Shown here piece after piece: positions 50,670 through 61,361 of a stretch of DNA of 64,000 bases. A program made the translations under genes and the position numbers. Source of the DNA: Paraphysomonas bandaiensis (taxonomy: Eukaryota > Protista > Chrysophyceae); contig CBFFRP010000149.1 in NCBI GenBank assembly GCA_965644295.1, positions 1 through 64,000 of the forward strand. The letters run 5' to 3'. A model generated the notes under the pieces. The model was not told where the DNA came from and ran no database searches. It was given only the letters and a program-made list of their open reading frames with translations. Position 1 is the stretch's first letter; each line of letters begins with the position of its first letter.

Positions 50670-51650
50670 ATCACCCAGATACGGGAGACTGCCTTTCACA
50701 GCCACAAAACCGCGCTTCAAGAGGTACTGAGAGATCAGGATCTACCCCACTGACTGGACCAATGCGCAACAGCGGCTCTCCAGTAGGGCCTGGAGCCCCT
50801 CCATCCCGCAGGTGGAGAGATACAGGACGGGCACCATCACCACTGCTCAACTCGAGATGGTTTTTGAAGATCACATCCATGAGTCCCTGACACCTCAAGG
50901 TCTGCGCAACCTTGAGCAGCGGTCATCAGTCTGCTTCTCGCTTTTTGCTGCTGCAAAACTCATGCTACAGGATCGTAGTCGCCGATATACTACCCTACAC
51001 AAAAAGGACCCCCTAGGCTACTCCCGCGACGGCGACAAAAACGTAGACAGTCATGGAATCGCCCAAGGGTGCTACGATTACTAGGAGTCCGCAGACGACC
51101 CGAGATTGGACCACCGCCCACCGTACACACAAACCCCACCACTCATACCCACAGGAACATATCACCGCCCCGCTTGAAACCCTCAGGCCCTCGACAGCGA
51201 CGCCGTCTCCGGCAACTCTACTTATGCCTGAGGCCCAAACGGTGCAATGAGATAACGCCACATTCCACCTCCTCTCTACCCACCTCTCAGCCCACACACC
51301 TAGCACTCGGTACACTCAGGACCTTACTACAGAACCCTGTACCTCAGAGCCCGGTGGAACCTCATCCCAAGGGGAGACCCCCTGATCACACACGCCAGTG
51401 AGTCCTGGGACACACGATCATGGCGAGCCTCACAATCAACATTAAGAACGAAAGTGGTCACACCTTGGTGCTTGCGGTGACGCACAAACAGCTTCTGTCT
51501 TCTGTAGCGCTAAATAGTAGGATAATAGAGTTTGTGCTGATTAGTTATGGGTAGAGGTCTAAATAGTCTGACTAGCATTCAACTAGCCACTACATTGGTG
51601 CAGATTTTGAACGCCTATTGCTAAATAATAAGACTTTCAATATATATATA
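50670..51650 (+). mobile_element. 5'-truncated LINE-like element: degenerate ORF end, 3' UTR and (TA)n tail
   Basis: C-rich strand with a broken ORF remnant (50670-51000). Ends gactttcaatatatata. Homologous copy at 10587-10941. No RT motifs remain, so the LINE assignment is inferred. Confidence 0.65.
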
Positions 51651-51661
51651 ACGCTTTACAG

Positions 51662-52365
51662 CAAGGCTGCGTAACAATTAATTGCAATTTAATTGTGCCA
51701 ATTATTGTCTAATTAACTTAGTTACTAATTACAAGCACATATAGCATCGTCAACCGTACATGCATTCACAAAATCTGTTAAAGCGCAATTACATAAGGGC
51801 CTCTAATCGATGAGGTGCCAGAGATTTGAGCAGATCACTCATGTTAATTTTGCTCTACTGTAGTAGTGGAGTAAATATCCAGGTTTTCGACTGCAAAGAA
51901 ACAGTAAGAAGCCCTGATAGTCCATGTTCATACTGCTCCACATCCAGTTCGTAGTGAACTACAATCCTGCAGTGTCTTGTGAGACAGGATCGGAAGAACA
52001 TGATTGCCACACTACTTATATATATATAATATATCTAAAACTAGAAGGGTATTGAGCATTCCATATATACTAGGGATCAAGCTGAACTAAGTTTTGTAAG
52101 TCAAAATCAAGAGGAAAGACACAAAATCGACCGTTCAAAGAAACAGTACCTCTCTTAATGTAAATAAAATGAGAGACCTACCTTCCCACCATTGTAATAG
52201 CCATTAAGGGCAATAAATGACCATCGTCCTTAATATTATGTGCTTATACTATATAGTTAACAATTGCCAATTAATTGCAATTTAATTGCAACCTTCCAGC
52301 GAGCAATTATAATTGCAATTATTACGTATGTTCCATGCAATTCAATTAATTGTTACGCAGCCCTG
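51662..52365. mobile_element. hAT-type MITE, 704 bp
   Basis: TIR ca(a/g)ggctgcgtaacaattaattg. TSD ctttacag at 51654-51661 and 52366-52373. Confidence 0.93.
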
Positions 52366-52789
52366 CTTTACAGATGATGTAGGGACAGTATACTAGTCAT
52401 GTTGTCTGCACGTCAAATACATGTGAAAGATTATTCAGTGCAGCTAAACTTATCAACTCCGTCTTGCGCAAAAGTAATCATCCTGATACACTTGATATGA
52501 TTCTATTTTCGAGAACTAATCCCCACTTCTGGCCTGATGCACACATTTTTCAAAAACTTGTGAATTGAAGACACAGATGGTGAATATGGTGTTAATGCGA
52601 GTATTTGAATGGTGTTAGGCATTATTAGAGCTTGTGAAAACTAGAAATGAAGTGAACGTAAGTAATTATATATATTAGTACTATTGCAATAGTATCAATA
52701 GGCTCTTAAAAAACAATTGAACTAGGTAGGTATTGGTGGGAAGATATGTCATAATAGTATTACAATATATTGTTCCCTAGCCTGATATA

Positions 52790-53090
52790 CACGTTTATGT
52801 GTGCAGTATACATATGACAGAGACATATATAAGCTTGAAGTTTATATATGACATACATACACAGATGTTTGCAGTATACATGTGTCACAGACGTGTATTT
52901 GTGTGAAGTATATATATGCAATACATTTGTGACAGACACATATATATACGGGCAGCATGTATGTAACAGAGACTTATATATGTGACATATATGTGCACGC
53001 AGTGCATATATAACACACATATATATATGTTTGTGCAATATATATGTAATGAATATATATGTACAGTACACATGTGACAGAGAGATCTAT
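52790..53090. repeat. Degenerate minisatellite (atatgtgacagagac-like units in TA/CA-rich DNA)
   Basis: Recurrent tg(t)gacagagac(a/t) units. Confidence 0.6.
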
Positions 53091-53569
53091 AAGTGTGAAA
53101 TTCACAATAATGAAAACAGAAGGGAGGTGATATACAAATGTAAGATGTCGCCACTTCATCCATCATTCACACCATTTCCCATCACTTAAAGTCTGTCTCT
53201 GTTGGTTGGGATCGTGAAATCTCAGTTGCGGGAGCCGTGAAATATGAGGGACAGAACGGAGCGGTATTTAGCTCAAACTCCACAACAATTTCAAGAATTT
53301 GGAAGAGCAGAGCAAGATAAACACGAGGATATGCTGATACGTGTGGATGGTTTAGTATCAGTGGAGATATGGAGTGACAAACAAAGTTGGATATGATCAT
53401 AATAATCACTCAAAAAATACAAACTGAAATGAAAAACTGAAAAAAGTAAAGAACGTATTATGGACATGTGCACTGGGCGGGATACGGGCACGAATTGTAT
53501 GATGTGAAGTGGTGATAGAAAAAGTAAAGTAAATCCAGTACATAATTCAACAGCAGGAAGGGCAAGAGG

Positions 53570-54196
53570 ATGGTCGAAGTTGATTTTCCCAGAGAAATTC
53601 AGGGAGTGATATCTGATTTGGTATTTCCTCCTCCCGCTGCATATGACGCAGATATCGCTGCTCTTCTCTCAAATGAAGAGGCAATGACGTATTTGAAAGC
53701 GATGTCGAAAACATCTACTGGCGGATGGTCTATTGATGATGCTAGAATTCGACGCGAAAAGCAAGAAGAGGAATATAACCTTAGGAGTAGTCTCAATTGT
53801 GCTATATTGTGGAAGGGGAAATTTGCTGGAATTGGTGGCTTCAGAGATATTAACTGGTGGAATAAATGCGCGGAAATGGGGATTATATTACACCCGAATT
53901 ATTGGAAGCGTCGGTTGTCTGTAGAAGTGCATTATTTATGTTTGAAGTTCGGGTTTGAAGTATTAGGAATTCATAGAGTTGAGTTTAAGACTGCGGCTTC
54001 CAATATCCCAATGACGCGATTTTTAGAAAATATTTTACACGCATCTCATGAAGGAACCTTACGAGACTTTTTCCCTTCTGGAACTGAGGAAAATTGCTTC
54101 GAAAATGTAGCGGTATATTCTGTATTATCTCCTGAATGGCCTGAAACTAAGGCAAGGTTGGAATGCAAATTGCAGACTTCAGAGATCACTGCCTAA
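53570..54196 (+). CDS. GNAT N-acetyltransferase, RimJ/RimL type
   Basis: AEMGIILHPNYW, GFEVLGIHRVEF, SNIPM, HEGTLRD and VYSVLSPEWP. Intronless. Confidence 0.9.
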   Translation: MVEVDFPREIQGVISDLVFPPPAAYDADIAALLSNEEAMTYLKAMSKTSTGGWSIDDARIRREKQEEEYNLRSSLNCAILWKGKFAGIGGFRDINWWNKCAEMGIILHPNYWKRRLSVEVHYLCLKFGFEVLGIHRVEFKTAASNIPMTRFLENILHASHEGTLRDFFPSGTEENCFENVAVYSVLSPEWPETKARLECKLQTSEITA

Positions 54197-54583
54197 TACG
54201 TTCTGAATTCATCTAATGCTCTAAGTTTTGCTTCTTTATCATTAGTTTTTACTCTCATATGTCATTATCTTATCTCTCGATCAGTATACTCCCTTCCCCA
54301 TTTTTAGTTGGAATAATATGTGCTAGTTTAATAGTTTTATATTATCAAATCATTTAAGTTATGGGATTAGCCTCGTTAGCATATAGCTATACATTATAGA
54401 GCAATGAGGTTGTTGCAGTGAAGCCCAAGAACCTCATACCAATGAGGCCAAAAAACAGCGAAAGAGGAGGGGAAAGCCCATAAGTGAAACGTCCCCTGCA
54501 CTCCCTCCTCTCGTCGCCCCTTTTTTGGGCATAATAGGTAATAGATCAAGCGAGGCATTCAGCACTTACGAAATGGGGGAAAG

Positions 54584-56119
54584 CAGGCTTGCGTAACAAT
54601 TAATTGGTAATAATTGCCAATTAAATTAATTGGTTTTGAAAGTGATAATTTAAATTATTATTGGTAAATCTTGCCAATTAATTTCAATGAATTGGCTGGC
54701 TAAATTATATATAGCATCTTACGATATCTAGCTACTGATGTTAGGTACACACCCATTATATGTTAGCATATATATATTGTAGTATGGATGGATGTGCACA
54801 GTCACATTATCATTTTATTAGTCGTAATTAGGGTTAGTATACACTTTAACTGCAAGAGTAATATATCATGTCAATATTGAGTATTGACCATTCTCAAAAG
54901 ATTAAGATCGTTTCAAGAGAAGTTAAAGTTAGTCAAAACTAGATAGATTACGTTATTATAATTGTATACACAATTGTGTGTGTTGTCATGTAACACATGT
55001 CAACAACATGATAAATAATTTCGTTCATGTCAACCACTGCTCCACTTCCGTATCTTGAATCGTCATGATATAATACTTCAGTTTCACAGTTATAGCTATA
55101 TAGCACCTTTGACTATTGACTACGTATTACTGTTTTTCACATTGTATTTAACGTATTCTACAGTATTATCTTAGAGAACCATACGTATTCCAACAGTCAA
55201 AGATCGTTGACAAAAAGAGCAAACTGAGCACCTCCATAAAATGATCGTCTAGAGATACATATAGCATATATAATGTAATAGTAGCATATTCAACTGCTTC
55301 GAAATATTCAAGTATAGTAGTGTAAATGACGCTATATAAGTGTATCCATTAGGTACCACTATCAGAGGAAGAGAAATATGTGTGAGTGCAAGAATACCTT
55401 AATACAGAGGATTCATAGTGTGTGTGTACAAGAATAATGGGCTAGAAGCATTCTTCTAGCCCATTACTTCTCATTCTTATTTATTCAACAGGATGACATC
55501 AAATGAACAAATATTATGATGACTTAATTCGTCAGTACCCTGGAATGAAATTTCACCTGGGTGTAGACGACGCGGAAATTGTTCAAAATGCAAATTTCGA
55601 GAGAGCAGTAGTGCAGACGCGGTAAGGAAGAAGAACTGAACCGCTCTGAAAAAGCACAGATGCGATGCTTTTTGATAAATAGTGTACCAGCACACGAAGG
55701 TGAACATGATGAAGAGAAAGATGAGGAGGAGGAAGACGAGGCCATTTGTTTACTTTTATCGACAACCGAAAGCGCCAAAAAGCACGCATCAAACTTCCAA
55801 AACGATATCGTTGCATGAAGTATTTGTATAAATAGCACAACCAATGTTCGTGAGAGGTTGTTTAGCAGAGCTAAGATTGCTACTACCTAGACACCTTGAA
55901 ATAATGTTGAACTTTCTGCGTGAAAATGTTAATTAATGTTTCTTTGGGATGAGATTATAGTTCAGAAAGTTATTCTAAAATTTATCAAAAGAATGAAAGG
56001 CAGCTAATTGGCAATTAATTGCATTGCCAATAGTTGGATGCTTGATTAATATTATTTGCAATTATTATTGTTGGACACCTGTCACGAATTAATTGCCAAT
56101 TAATTGTTACGCAAGCCTG
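54584..56119. mobile_element. hAT-type non-autonomous element, 1536 bp
   Basis: TIR caggcttgcgtaacaattaattgg. TSD ggggaaag at 54576-54583 and 56120-56127. Confidence 0.94.
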
Positions 56120-56260
56120 GGGGAAAGGAGATATCGTTGCCGGCAGGTAGCCTACCGTCCAGTGTGTCCACTCTCTTCTGGTCTGAGCTAAATTGCTCTG
56201 TATTAGGTCAGGGATAATTGCTGTCGAAGAACTTATTAGAAATGCCCACCATGTTGGTAC

Positions 56261-57338
56261 CAGGCTTGCATAACAATTATTTGGTGACAGGTGTCCAACA
56301 ATAATAATTACAATTATTACAGTAATCAAGCATCCAATTATTGGCAATGCAATTGGCAATTATTGCCAATTAATTGCCTTTGATTTTATTGATAGATTTT
56401 AGAAAAAATTTCTGAAGTATAATCTCATCCCAAAGAAACATTAACATATATATTATTATATTGAAAGTCTTATTATATTAGCAATAATTGAAAGTCTTAT
56501 TATTAGCAATATACGTTAAAAACCTGCACCAACTTAGTAGCTAGATGAATGCTAGACAAACTAGTTAGACCTCTACCTGTAACTAATCAGTACACACTTT
56601 TTTATCCTACTATTTAACGCTACGGAAGCTGCTTGTGTGTCGCCGCAAGCACCAAGGTGTGACCACTTCCGCTCTGAGTTCTTAAGGTGAACATCCCGGA
56701 TGCTTGACTTCAGCAGGCAGCCCAATACCCCGGTTACCCTTGAGGTGGGCCCTGTCCCGGGTGTCTCTGTTTATTCGTCAGGGCTCAAAGACGTCTACAC
56801 AAGTGACACTTATTGGTGTCCCTTGTACCACACAAGCATTCGGCTATGAGTGGGCAGAAGAATATCTGCTGACTATGTTTGTGGCTCACGTTAGTTTCCC
56901 AGAGAAATAACTCCGGTACTTATCCCCAAGAACACCACGAAAAGGTGCAAGTCCGACTTTGTTAAGGGAACATTAACATTTTCACGCATAAAATTCAACA
57001 TTTCAAGATGTCATGTCTAGCTGTTATTCGCTTGCAAAAATCTAGTCATAGCAATCTTAGCTCTGCTAAACAGCCTCTCACGAACATTGGTTGTGCTATA
57101 CAAATACTTCATGCAACGATATCATGATAACTTGACTATGCACATACATCCATACTACTATCTATGCTAACATATAATGGGTGTGTACCAAACATCAGTA
57201 GCTAGATATCGTAAGATGCTATATATAATTATAATTTAGCCAGCTAATTAATTGGCAAGATTTACCAATAATAATAAAACTTTTAAAACCGATTAATTTA
57301 ATCGGCAATTATTACCAATTAATTGTAACGCAAGCCTG
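56261..57338. mobile_element. hAT-type MITE of the same family, opposite orientation, containing a retroposon
   Basis: Same TIR with 1-2 mismatches. TSD gttggtac at 56253-56260 and 57339-57346. Confidence 0.93.
56448..56968 (-). mobile_element. Full-length retroposon copy with stuttered 3' end
   Basis: Reverse complement of 43533-44044. TSD (aa)cattaacat at 56437-56447 and 56969-56979. The terminal ttgaaagtcttatta..tagcaata is duplicated next to an AT tail. Confidence 0.88.
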
Positions 57339-57701
57339 GTTGGTACAATGCGTTGTACTTTGTGAAGGTGAGTTACTTGAACACCGAGTAAGTATCCTTA
57401 TCATTGATTTCGTAATCAATTTATGACGAACTTAATCATCTGTTCCTTTACACTTGATGTGGCGAGATATGAAGGCTATTTTGACGAGGTCCCGTCACGT
57501 TATTCCCTCTTATGACTACGTTTATGTCTTGTTGTATGTTTATTTGTTTTTCCTCATACTTTTGTATTTTTTCTAAATTTACGTATAAAAAGTTTTGAAC
57601 ATTCACAGCTCTGTGATATTTGTTTGTCATTCGGAGACACGTAGTTACTTACTAATTTAATATTCGACTAGCATTTACTCTACATATACTATCATCTTAT
57701 T

Positions 57702-58367
57702 TTATTTCTTATATGTACTATTTTCTTTGGGATACAACTTCGTAATTAGTAAATCATAACTCCATTTCAGGTTAAGCACGGCAATATAAGACACCAGCAC
57801 AAAGCCTACTGATGGTATTGAAATGACAATTCCGGTAGCTCGGTATTCTTGATGTGCCAGAACACCAGACATAATCGCACCAGATGGAAAAATAATAATA
57901 CGAAGAGGAACCCAAGTGGCGTAGAACGCTGTATCCAAAAACTTAATTAATCGTCTGTACTTTCTAAATGGTAAAAACTTTCTTGCGATCATGAAGAACG
58001 TATTAATCTCGATGGATAGCAAGCAAGTTCCAACCCCACGATATTTTGGAATTCTGTGCAATACAAGTAGCCATCCAGTACAGACCACAATATGATGGAT
58101 TAATATTGACTTCGGGGACCGAACGCAGTCAGGATTCAGTGCAATATAAACTGTGTCAATAATAATATATGTGCAAAGAACAGCCGTTTGTACATTCCAC
58201 CAAAAGATGTTAGTTGAGGATTCAATTGGCTCTCCCACAACGAAGAAATAATAAAACGTGACTACATTAGAAATTATAACTATCGGGAGAGTGACGACAT
58301 TATATAAATCATGGAGCTGGTGGCTACGAGACACAACATGCTCCTCACTGGTTGCTGCAGAAGACAT
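57702..58367 (-). CDS. TLC-domain (TRAM/LAG1/CLN8) multipass membrane protein
   Basis: About six hydrophobic segments. Y..ID, LIHHIV, EINTFF..AR, W...R and LN.KW motifs. Confidence 0.8.
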   Translation of the reverse strand: MSSAATSEEHVVSRSHQLHDLYNVVTLPIVIISNVVTFYYFFVVGEPIESSTNIFWWNVQTAVLCTYIIIDTVYIALNPDCVRSPKSILIHHIVVCTGWLLVLHRIPKYRGVGTCLLSIEINTFFMIARKFLPFRKYRRLIKFLDTAFYATWVPLRIIIFPSGAIMSGVLAHQEYRATGIVISIPSVGFVLVSYIAVLNLKWSYDLLITKLYPKENSTYKK

Positions 58368-58614
58368 TGTAACTCTTTCAAACACAGGCAGTTGCTTCTA
58401 TTATTTTGCTCCGTTAGATTATCTATTCTGTTTGATTTGAGAATAGGAATACAAGGGCACCTTGTACTGCTGTACCATATTATGACGCAGGAATACAAGC
58501 TCCGCATAAAAATGTGTAGGATGAAATTTGAACAGATATCCGGATATCCAGATATTTATGTCTATATTTGGAAAACAGGGAACTCTATGTTCTGATTTTT
58601 TGGTATTTTTGTAT

Positions 58615-58770
58615 CGTATCGGCATCGTTTGGTTATTTTTGTCCAAAGATGCCTCTAATATTGAGGCAACAATTATCCAAGTGTTCCAGCCGTAGTTGTA
58701 TTGCAGTAATATAGAGTATATCTGCTTCAATTTATTTTCGAAAAATAAGATGCTGATGCTGACTGCCGAT
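58615..58770 (+). repeat. Short dispersed repeat homologous to 30113-30250
   Basis: Shared gtatcggcatcgtttg...ctaatattgaggcaa...cgaaaaataagatgctg. Confidence 0.7.
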
Positions 58771-59054
58771 ATGTCTGTGAATGCTGTATACACGATACAG
58801 CAGTACAGCAGTACAACAATACTGGTATGTTGTTTGTGTATGAAAACTGGCAATTGTACGAACGTACGTACTGTACGACTTGTGCAGCCGTCCTCTTTCA
58901 AGTCTTGAAAATTCAAACGATAACTATGATGATGCTGGAAACATGTTCATCATTGTAACTTGTTACTGATGCTGTAGAGGCTGTCTATACTAAATTTACT
59001 AGCGAACTATTTGGACTACTCGACACACTGTATTAGATCGAACATCCATCTAAT

Positions 59055-59857
59055 ATGGTGAACATTAAGGAACAGCTGACTCAGGCTTTTGGTGAATTTA
59101 AGTCCCTGTATGAAATATTGGGAATATCGAAAACCGCATCTTGTGAACAGATTAAGAAGGTGGGAGTTGTTTTTCACATCTCTATATTTAAGTTGTTTGA
59201 TTTGAGTTATTTTATTTTATGTAGAGTTATAAGAAGCTTGCACTGAAGCATCACCCTGATAAAGGGGGAGACCCAGAGAAATTTAAAGCCTTGTCAATGG
59301 TTCACTCCATACTCTCTGATGAGAGTAGAAGGAGATCGTATGACACTTCTGGCGACATAGATGGTGAAGAAATGTGCTCGGACCTTGGGTTTTGGTACCA
59401 TTACTTTCGGGATAGGTTCCCTCAATTTTCAACTGCGGACATTGATTCGTTTGGCGCGAAATATAAAGGTTCAGAAGAAGAAAAACAGGACATATTAAAG
59501 GCGTATACTAAGTATAGTGGGAACTTTGAACATATTATGGAATGTGTAATGCTGGCAGAAGAAGTAGATAGGTCCCGTATTGCTGCCATTATTGATCAGG
59601 CAATTGATGATGGATATATCGAGCGCCTTGATACGTACGACTACCACCTAGACAATTCGAAAAAGAAACGGAAAGTCAGCAGCATTTCCTGTGAAGATGA
59701 TGACAGTCTTCGTGATATGATTAACATGAATCGTTCCAATCGACTGCATGTTCTTGAAGACATCTGTAGCAAGTATTCAAACAAGGATGCTGTAAGCAAG
59801 AAAATGAGCAAACCAAGGAGCAATAAGAAACGCGGCAATACACCAAAGGGAAAGTAG
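59055..59857 (+). CDS. DNAJC9: DnaJ-domain protein, DNAJC9-like, two exons
   Basis: LYEILG...IKK|SYKKLALKHHPDK, with intron 59160-59224. YKGSEEEKQDI..AY....G.F..I.ECV is typical of DNAJC9. Confidence 0.85.
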
Positions 59858-60246
59858 TTTATGACCGTAGCTACCTGAAGAATATATCTACTTTCGTTAC
59901 TTTGTGATGCTCTTTGAGTTTTATTTCGTTATCTACTTGTACACATGAAATTACCTTTCCTCTCTTCAAGAATCGCTAATTTCCACTTCCATTAAGATAC
60001 TACTTAAACTGTTAGTTGAAATATTTAAATTGACTTTCTGACCTGATAAGGGTCCGCATGCATGCTGAATTTCTCACCTATAACTATTATACCTGGTTTC
60101 GACTATTCCTTAGAGTCCCCACTTGTTAGCCCACCTTGTAATAACTACTAGCTAGGACTATTGATTATAAGAATGTTACTCTTTGTAAATATATGCAATT
60201 TGCATCTAATCTACAACACAACTTAAAGGACCGTATCATTACCTAA

Positions 60247-60335
60247 CAGGGCTGCGTAACAATTAATTGGTTTTTAAATAACTGCATTGCAATAATTGTG
60301 GACAGCATATGATAATTGCAATTATAATTGACAGA
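60247..60335 (+). mobile_element. Isolated hAT-MITE terminus
   Basis: cagggctgcgtaacaattaattgg. No partner TIR found in the window. Confidence 0.6.
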
Positions 60336-60399
60336 CATCATATATAGACATAAACAGTACAACATGACTATATATTATATATTATACTATTATATATAT

Positions 60400-61156
60400 A
60401 TGGTATAACGCAACAAGTACGATTTCTGGGAAGCATCATCTGCCTGCTGCCTACTGTAGCTTAGTAAAGGGATATTCCGTTCTCTGAATACCCAACTACA
60501 AATGTATACACCATTTAAAATATGACTGGTATCACGACCTCGTATCGGTACCCTGTAGAGCGATATACATGGCTTGTAAAACTGGCAACAAGCAGGTTAG
60601 TGGAAACGTAAAACATATCGTGATTTAGTAACCTGAATCACATTGTTTGAGGTCTGCTATGTGCTATATGATGCATGTAACTCCTTGAAAAACATATATG
60701 TAGCTCCTGCAGATTTACCCCAGGAGAGCAAGATATAGACTTACAGAAGCTAAAAGCTAAATCCGACCAAAAGCTAAAAATGCTGTCATTTAAAACAACC
60801 TCCTCCCAGGCATCTGCATCTTTTGCAGAGTCATCAGGAGGCGATAGGGACTTCAGCAAAAAAAGAGAAAGAGCTGCACGGCCAAATGTCAGTACCGCTG
60901 CTCCAACCATAAGCACCGCATGGAAGCACAGGAAAGTCCAAGCTGATAGCGGGAAAATCAAAGTTTCCCACACAACTAGCCCTCCATACTGCTGCTGGAG
61001 CGTGTATAGATCCTCGTTTTTGAAAGGTATATCCTTGAAGTAATAGGAAATAGGAATTAAGCAAGACCGCGTCGCTCCATAAGTAGTGAATTGTGATAGC
61101 CACCATAGATAAATTGATCGGTAGATCACTGCCAGATAACTTCTTATTGACCGCAC
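60400..61156 (-). CDS. Probable coding exons of unknown function (separate gene, or 3' exons of the neighbour)
   Basis: 172-codon ORF without a clear in-frame ATG, plus shorter downstream open segments. Confidence 0.35.
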
Positions 61157-61361
61157 ATTTTAAATAATTATTATTAAATTTTATTGCTTAATTCATTGTT
61201 GTGTGTATTAATTCAACTGTGGTCAAGATGGTAGATAGATATAGAGTAAACAGTAAAGAGGTTAATTACTTGTAAAGAGCAATCTTAAGCTAACTCTTTC
61301 TCTATTCATCCTGATACTAAATGACATTTCACTAATACACACAACACAGGAAACTATAAAT

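Noticed and set aside
58419-58916. 165-aa minus-strand ORF
   Set aside because: It overlaps a dispersed repeat in the divergent promoter region and has no protein motifs.
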